A stretch of DNA of 64,000 nucleotides from positions 62,001 through 126,000 of IMG/VR virus record IMGVR_UViG_3300032931_001151. The stretch is one strand, 5' to 3'. Position numbers and translations under genes: made by a program. Under the pieces are notes generated by a model that saw only the letters and a list, made by a program, of their open reading frames with translations, did not search any database and had not been told where the DNA came from. Each line of letters opens with the position of its first letter. Within the stretch, counting starts at the first letter, position 1. This document shows, piece by piece, positions 58,110 to 64,000 of the stretch.

Positions 58110-59884
58110 GAATTAAATTCTATCTAATAAATCTTGAAAAAGATATATCTAAACTTAATTGGTGCAAAAAAATAATAGGAAATATGTTTGAATTTGAAGT
58201 ATTTAAAGCAATTGTACCCAAAAGTAGAGGAGAATTCCCATCCATAGGGATTCGTGGTTGTTTTGAGAGCCATTTAGCATTATATAAAGAAATTGATAAA
58301 ATTAAAAATGATATAGATGTTGCTATTATAATGGAAGACGATATATGTTTTTCTAGTGAATTTGAATTAAATTTTAAATCTCTAGTTGATCGATTGCTAT
58401 ATAAAGAATATGACATATGTCATTTTTATGATGTACACCAAAAAGATATTGACTGGCCTATTACATTTAGAGAAAGTAATACCCACAATACTCATTTTTA
58501 TGCCATAAACCCAAAAAGTGCTCTAAAAATATTCAATAAAATAAAAGATTATGACGTTGATATTGATCATGTGTTGCATACTAAAAGTAAATTAAAAGAA
58601 ATAAATACACTGTCAACAACTAAAACCATAGTTAAACAGAATAGATATTTTATGTCTAGTGTTACTGCCCAAGGTTTTAGAACCGATATACAATATAGTT
58701 ATGATTTTATATATCCATATGATGATCTTTTCAAAGATGAATGTCCTTTAATTGGAAAATGGCATTTCTCAAAAATAAATTATAAAGAAGAATGGATTTT
58801 TAATGAAAACGGATCTATAATTTGTAAAAATACAGGTGGAAGATGGAGAATAATTAACGGAGTTCTTTCAATTACATTTGATGACCCAAGATATTGGGAA
58901 ACGTTTCCAATTAAAGATGGAAAATCATATACAGCAATGAAAGGATCTAGTTGGGATAATAGAGACATCTATTTAATTAAAGACTCTTCTACGTACAAAG
59001 AAAGTGGAGTAAAATTCTTTTTAATAAATCTTGAAAAAGATAAAGAAAAATTAAAATGGTGTAAAAAAATAATAGGAGATAGATTTGAATATGAAGTATT
59101 TAATGGGATTGTGCCGGAGGACAAAGGTGAATTCCCAACTATAGGAATGAGAGGATGTCACGAAAGTCATACTAAAATATGGGAAATGGCAAAAAATATG
59201 ACAGATTGTAGTTTAGTCATAATAATGGAAGATGATATAGTGCTATCCAATAGTTTTGATTCTAAATTTAAAATGGCTTTGGCGGCAATGAAGCAACAAG
59301 ATTTTGAAATAGGGCTATTTTACGATTGCTTCCGTGAAGAATTTACGGAAGAAAATATATTCTTAGTTGAAAGTTCTTCGTATAATTTACATTTTTATGC
59401 AATTAAACCTCACACCGTAGAAAAATGCCTAGATTTAGTAAAAGGGTCTTGTTGCGATATAGATCACACTTTACATATGGGTTCTATAGATAAAAAAATA
59501 AGAATGGTATCAACTTCACGAAATCTTGTTGCTCAAAATAGATATTTTGATTCTAATGTAACAAAAACGGGATATAGAGAGGAAAATAGAAGCTTTCCTT
59601 TTATATACCCATATGATGACATATATTCAAAAAAATGCCCATTAATAGGAAAATGGTATTTTAGAAAAATTAATTTTAGAGATACGTTTGAATTTAAAGA
59701 GAATGGGACCGTAAAATGTATGGCACCCGGAGGAAGATGGAGAAAAGTTGGAAATGAAATCGTTATAACTTTTGAAAATAGTCAATGGAAAGAATACATA
59801 TATTTGCTAGAAGGAAATACTTACACCGTAATGCAAGGGGTAAGTTGGGATAAAAACAATATTATTGTAACTAAATTAAATTAG
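58106..59884 (+). CDS. tandem double GT25-like glycosyltransferase
   Basis: Two full copies of the same unit; start MRIKFY at 58106 (ATGA overlap, GAGGG RBS). Confidence 0.85.
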   Translation: MRIKFYLINLEKDISKLNWCKKIIGNMFEFEVFKAIVPKSRGEFPSIGIRGCFESHLALYKEIDKIKNDIDVAIIMEDDICFSSEFELNFKSLVDRLLYKEYDICHFYDVHQKDIDWPITFRESNTHNTHFYAINPKSALKIFNKIKDYDVDIDHVLHTKSKLKEINTLSTTKTIVKQNRYFMSSVTAQGFRTDIQYSYDFIYPYDDLFKDECPLIGKWHFSKINYKEEWIFNENGSIICKNTGGRWRIINGVLSITFDDPRYWETFPIKDGKSYTAMKGSSWDNRDIYLIKDSSTYKESGVKFFLINLEKDKEKLKWCKKIIGDRFEYEVFNGIVPEDKGEFPTIGMRGCHESHTKIWEMAKNMTDCSLVIIMEDDIVLSNSFDSKFKMALAAMKQQDFEIGLFYDCFREEFTEENIFLVESSSYNLHFYAIKPHTVEKCLDLVKGSCCDIDHTLHMGSIDKKIRMVSTSRNLVAQNRYFDSNVTKTGYREENRSFPFIYPYDDIYSKKCPLIGKWYFRKINFRDTFEFKENGTVKCMAPGGRWRKVGNEIVITFENSQWKEYIYLLEGNTYTVMQGVSWDKNNIIVTKLN

Positions 59885-62019
59885 TCACAATCTATCGGAA
59901 TCCAAGAGGGTAAATCTACATCCGGAGCAATTATAACATTATAATCGGTTTGGATTAGTTTACTTGCAACGCAACTATTAGTTGGACTCCAATCAATATC
60001 TTCTAATTTATCAACTGCCGGAATTGGCCCTTCCATTGAAACTTCCCAAGCACCCACTCCATTATTAGTAGTTGGATTCCATGTTGATGTATACCACCAA
60101 TTCTTGTATGAATATACTATAGTATTTGCCGAAACGCTTAAACCGGTTAATGTACTTCTAGTATTAGATACGAACATCATCATATTATAATAATCATCGT
60201 AAGAAGAGCTACTAGACGAAACACAACAGTCTGTATCTGGTGGTGGATCCGTATTAACATCATAGTAATCGTCAAATGTTTCGTATATATCGGTGCCGGT
60301 AGGAATATAAACTACTAATTTATATTGTATAGCGGGACCTTCACCGCAAGGATAATCTTCCCAACTTCCATATATTGTTCCGTATGGAGTATCTTGAGAA
60401 AAATCATATGATCCTAATACGACTGCCGTCCCAGTACTAACATCGTCTATACTAATATCCCAATCTGGTAGATCCCAACAATTCACATAAAAGTAAACAT
60501 CATACGTGTCATATAATATAGAAGGACCCGTGCTACTAGAAGATGAACTAGAAGAAGAAGAAGAAGATGAACTAGAAGAAGATGAACTTGAGGATGAGCT
60601 AGAAGATGAACAACAATTGGTTCCACCATTTAATACTATAATTTTACCTTTATTTTCCGTATTTATACTTGCACATCCTTGAACATTTATACTTTTAAAT
60701 AAAAAGGTATATGATGGCCTTCCATAACTTTCATATTTTTTATCTTTACCATAATAAACCGATGCGGTATTAGTAGTTAAAGTTCTATTATTCCCATAAA
60801 CTAATGATTCATTTATAAATAACCCGTTATTTTTAAAATAGTTCATTAAATTTGAGTTACTACTTGTGGCTGGACACACACTTACTACGGTCATCCCCGA
60901 ACTTGATAAAGAACTAGCATCAATACTATCCAAAATCTTATCAACATCACTACAAGAAGCACAATCATATATTGGAGTGCTTAATTCTATATAACACCCA
61001 TTTTGGTTTATATTCACTGAAGGATAGCCTCGATATAAAGCTCTATTCAAGAAGCTATCCGATGGAGTTGAAATATCAACTATTAATCCACTATTATTAG
61101 TTACTTCCGAGTATACCGTATTTGATATATCAATATCACCAACACAATTAATATTTAGTTGACTCGTCGAACAATTATTAGTACATGCCGGAGTCAATTT
61201 TCCAGTAGTAGTATATGAATCTATATAATAATCATTATTAACCGAATTATTAACCGTTCTATTGATATTGCTAATTCCTTTAAAAAACCATATAGATCCA
61301 AATTGCCAAGTATATCTTTCCGGAATTACTTCAAGTATACTTTTGTTTGAATGTATTTCTGATTCTTTATCCGCCCACTTTTTAGTCCCTAAGCCAACCC
61401 CGTTTCCGGTAGTTAACGAATAAAAGTTTCCATTATACCAAGTATCAATTTCTTTAACGGCACTTACAAAATTAGCCCCTTTACCACATGATGTTATTGT
61501 GAAACATGGTTCGGACACAACGATATTTGGAGAGCAATTTTGTTCAACGGAAATAGAGTTATTAGTAATTGAAGGGCTAATTCCCGCATTAGGAAAGCTA
61601 CATTGTGGTATTTCTTGCCCTTGTATATTAGCAAAGAAGAATATTTTTTCACAATTTGATTGATTGGAAGTACTTCCAAATATAGAATCACTTGGATCGT
61701 ATACCGTTGGACTAGCATATAAAAATTGAGGATCGGGATTTCCGGGAGAACCTAGAAATATAGGAGCATATATATTTGAATTTATTGTTTTAAAACAAGT
61801 CCCAGGTAAATTTGTATTACTTATATACGATAATGATTCTTTTATTTTCTTAAGATTATTAACTGGAGGCATAGCATTGGCAAAAACTAACTCATTTTGT
61901 GGCAATATATCATTTGTTCTATACGGTGTTTGTGTACTAGCATCTAACAAACTACTATTTTTATTAGTAGTCGTCGTATTTAGAGATGTTAATCGCTTTT
62001 TATTTCCGTATAATGACAT
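59881..62019 (-). CDS. Cys/Ser-rich putative virion protein with poly-Ser linker
   Basis: 26 consecutive Ser codons at 60532-60609; follows gp3-like gene. Confidence 0.7.
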   Translation of the reverse strand: MSLYGNKKRLTSLNTTTTNKNSSLLDASTQTPYRTNDILPQNELVFANAMPPVNNLKKIKESLSYISNTNLPGTCFKTINSNIYAPIFLGSPGNPDPQFLYASPTVYDPSDSIFGSTSNQSNCEKIFFFANIQGQEIPQCSFPNAGISPSITNNSISVEQNCSPNIVVSEPCFTITSCGKGANFVSAVKEIDTWYNGNFYSLTTGNGVGLGTKKWADKESEIHSNKSILEVIPERYTWQFGSIWFFKGISNINRTVNNSVNNDYYIDSYTTTGKLTPACTNNCSTSQLNINCVGDIDISNTVYSEVTNNSGLIVDISTPSDSFLNRALYRGYPSVNINQNGCYIELSTPIYDCASCSDVDKILDSIDASSLSSSGMTVVSVCPATSSNSNLMNYFKNNGLFINESLVYGNNRTLTTNTASVYYGKDKKYESYGRPSYTFLFKSINVQGCASINTENKGKIIVLNGGTNCCSSSSSSSSSSSSSSSSSSSSSSSSSSTGPSILYDTYDVYFYVNCWDLPDWDISIDDVSTGTAVVLGSYDFSQDTPYGTIYGSWEDYPCGEGPAIQYKLVVYIPTGTDIYETFDDYYDVNTDPPPDTDCCVSSSSSSYDDYYNMMMFVSNTRSTLTGLSVSANTIVYSYKNWWYTSTWNPTTNNGVGAWEVSMEGPIPAVDKLEDIDWSPTNSCVASKLIQTDYNVIIAPDVDLPSWIPIDCD

Positions 62020-62021
62020 TT

Positions 62022-62681
62022 TTAAACCTTTTTAATAACATATCTATCGGATGGAACTATACCGGAATGCACCCATGTAATTGGTAATATAATCTTATCC
62101 GGTTCACTTTCTTTTAGTTGAATTTGGCCTATTGATGCGGGATGTAAATCTTTTATTTCCATTTCAAATACTTTTTCTTGGTGATTATTCAATATAAGTA
62201 ATGTGCCATTTACATAGAATCTCTTATAATACTCATATTCTTGAAACTTCATATGTTCTTCGGGATTATGTGCCGCCAATAACCAAAAATACATTAATCT
62301 ATATACAAACCAATCTTCATCATTCATTACATTCATTGTTAAATCGCCAAACTCCAATTTACCCATAACATGCTTTACCGTAGCCATTTGAGTTTGCATA
62401 GATGCATACCCCACGTTCATTTCTGGCAAGTCTACATTTTGTACAAATAATAAAAAGTTTTTAAGGTCAGTATTTCGTTCTACGAAAACTTCTTGTCTTA
62501 TTTTCTCTAACTCTATATTATTCTTTCCAAATTGCAATTGTAAGTTTAATAAATATTCATCTGTAAATTTAGAAAGAAGATAACTAGTTGGAATGGAATC
62601 TAATATGAATATATACTTATTAGTATGAGATTCATTAATGAGTAACTCTGAATTAAATACTATTTGATCACAAATGGCCAT
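62022..62681 (-). CDS. tail-tube-fold protein, T4 gp3-like tail completion protein
   Basis: FVQNVDLP, KLEFGDLTMNVMNDED..VY..MYFWL, GTLLILNN, LHPASIG.IQL. Confidence 0.78.
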   Translation of the reverse strand: MAICDQIVFNSELLINESHTNKYIFILDSIPTSYLLSKFTDEYLLNLQLQFGKNNIELEKIRQEVFVERNTDLKNFLLFVQNVDLPEMNVGYASMQTQMATVKHVMGKLEFGDLTMNVMNDEDWFVYRLMYFWLLAAHNPEEHMKFQEYEYYKRFYVNGTLLILNNHQEKVFEMEIKDLHPASIGQIQLKESEPDKIILPITWVHSGIVPSDRYVIKKV

Positions 62682-62690
62682 AAAATATCC

Positions 62691-63077
62691 TTAATAAAGA
62701 TCCATTAGTCTAAAATAAGTAACTTTTACATCACTCATAGTAGTTGAAGGTGCTCCAGAAGTACCAGAAGTGCCGGATGTCCCCGATGTTCCGGGGGTTA
62801 AGGTGGTTGTAAGTCTAACTATAACTCGATATACGCCTTTAATCCACGATTCATCAGTTTGGAGTCTATATGAGTACCATCCAGGTCTTGAATATATTTG
62901 ATCCATTTGCGTGGAAACTAATAAGTTATCTTCAGTGTCATGAATCTCTATGGTAGCTCCGTCTGCCCAACGATAATCATTGGACTCGGGGGGAATAGAT
63001 TGGTCAACATATGGCTTATTACTCACTTCAATGGTAACACTCTGTCCAATTCGTATTGCGATATCTTTTGCGTACAT
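62691..63077 (-). CDS. small Ig-like virion protein with (GTS)4 loop
   Basis: GWYSY..W.KGVYRV..; PGTSGTSGTSGTSGAP. Confidence 0.65.
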   Translation of the reverse strand: MYAKDIAIRIGQSVTIEVSNKPYVDQSIPPESNDYRWADGATIEIHDTEDNLLVSTQMDQIYSRPGWYSYRLQTDESWIKGVYRVIVRLTTTLTPGTSGTSGTSGTSGAPSTTMSDVKVTYFRLMDLY

Positions 63078-63086
63078 ATAAGTCCT

Positions 63087-63293
63087 TTAGGCAATAAAGT
63101 ATATATCTATTTTATTAGTTTCAAAAATTATTAAATCTGATATTAGTGGTTGATATTTTGTTGTATCTTCTATGGGGATAATAGGAGTTACTGGAACTAT
63201 AGGAGTTGGACTAATGCATTCCTCAACCTCATGGGTATTGCCCCAATCGGCCCACCAACTTCTATTATTAGCATTAGGTACTTCGTCCGTCAT
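63087..63293 (-). CDS. hypothetical protein
   Basis: Operon packing, Pro-rich linker. Confidence 0.55.
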   Translation of the reverse strand: MTDEVPNANNRSWWADWGNTHEVEECISPTPIVPVTPIIPIEDTTKYQPLISDLIIFETNKIDIYFIA

Positions 63294-63294
63294 A

Positions 63295-64000
63295 TTAACT
63301 ACCTTTAAGTTGTGAATTAGAGGATAAGGTACTTATCCTTGGTATAAAGTTATTTATCCGTTTAGAATCTATTAAGAAGTATGAATCTCTAACTAATTCA
63401 ATCTCGGATACGGCTTTACCACTTGAGGATATCTTATCGGTAATACTCCATATAACCCAATCCCCCGAATTCATTAAGTCTATCCCAACCGATTTATCGG
63501 AACTTGGTAATGTTATATTTACTTTTTCTCCTGGATTTCTAAATTCATTTGCATAGGAATATATAACTATTCTATTTGCTCCAAGCATTATTCTTTTACT
63601 ATATAAATTTCTAAAGTAGTTTTGTACTTGATTTGTATCATATGAGGTAGCACCCATAAATGTATTGTTAATGGAAGACCATTGATTTCCCCAAGATTTC
63701 TTATTTGCTTCCTTTTGATACACACTCCACATGCCCAATCCAGAATATGATTGTAAGAAATTCTCAAATGTGGTTGAGAAATATGAAGTTCCCCCTATTG
63801 CATCTCTACCTACAATAGTTTCCCCATTCATACCAAAGAAAAGCATACTACCATCGAATGATTTTTGCATTCTACCTAAAATAACATCTTGAGGACTATA
63901 ATCTTTGTCTTTTCCATCGGCTGGAGATTTGAATTGTTGTGGAGTTGTATTTTCCGTGCCCGGAGTAGGATCACGGAGCATTTGGTCAGATCTTTGAGAA
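63295..64000 (-). CDS. baseplate hub-like protein (gp27-like C-terminus), 5'-partial
   Basis: PGEKVNITLP...SGDWVIWSITDKI...EIELVRDS; frame stays open to the window edge. Confidence 0.6.
   Translation of the reverse strand, partial: SQRSDQMLRDPTPGTENTTPQQFKSPADGKDKDYSPQDVILGRMQKSFDGSMLFFGMNGETIVGRDAIGGTSYFSTTFENFLQSYSGLGMWSVYQKEANKKSWGNQWSSINNTFMGATSYDTNQVQNYFRNLYSKRIMLGANRIVIYSYANEFRNPGEKVNITLPSSDKSVGIDLMNSGDWVIWSITDKISSSGKAVSEIELVRDSYFLIDSKRINNFIPRISTLSSNSQLKGS

Noticed and set aside
143-63134. Short antisense or nested ORFs in the track (e.g. 764-1012, 8721-9101, 20083-20271, 40738-40998, 58120-58416)
   Set aside because: They lie within well-supported genes, lack RBSs and recognisable motifs, and look like shadow ORFs.
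1-64000. Stop-codon reassignment
   Set aside because: Long genes are uninterrupted in the standard code and TAA, TAG and TGA all end well-packed genes.
1-64000. tRNA, rRNA or other structured RNA genes
   Set aside because: Intergenic gaps are short and AT-rich, no cloverleaf or T-arm signature was seen, and the largest gaps are filled by small ORFs or promoters.

Overview
This window is a fragment of a large AT-rich (roughly 30% GC by eye) T4-like/jumbo myovirus genome read in the standard genetic code. 1-13.8 kb (+): an early/middle block with nucleotide-metabolism genes (NDT-like hydrolase, MazG, dCMP deaminase, dNMP kinase), rIIA/rIIB, two apparently catalytically dead nucleotidyltransferases, a PNK-like kinase and ClpP. 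13.8-45.1 kb (-): the baseplate/fibre block, with gp5, gp25, expanded gp6-like and gp7-like wedge proteins, and 1674-aa and 3195-aa adhesin-like proteins plus small partners. 46-48.8 kb: an island with an HNH nuclease, an RHH gene coupled to a zinc-repeat endonuclease, and a GC-richer secreted-protein gene. 48.8-59.9 kb: eight glycosyltransferase domains mixed with a RecB/Cas4-like nuclease and dUTPase. 59.9-64 kb (-): more tail genes (poly-Ser protein, gp3-like, partial hub). The best leads are: (1) a modular fibre system in which one ~65-aa domain recurs in the wedge and three other proteins, and the 3195-aa protein looks like its 411-aa neighbour with nested insertions; (2) a candidate virion-glycosylation system (GT cluster plus (GTS)n/poly-Ser tags); (3) a GT-B gene split by an inserted HExxH gene; (4) recurrent hairpins with a promoter in the loop and the RBS in the stem; (5) depletion of CAG/CTG; (6) pseudo-nucleotidyltransferases. 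All family assignments are motif recognition by eye, not database searches. I saw no tRNA, rRNA, CRISPR array, integrase or reverse transcriptase.
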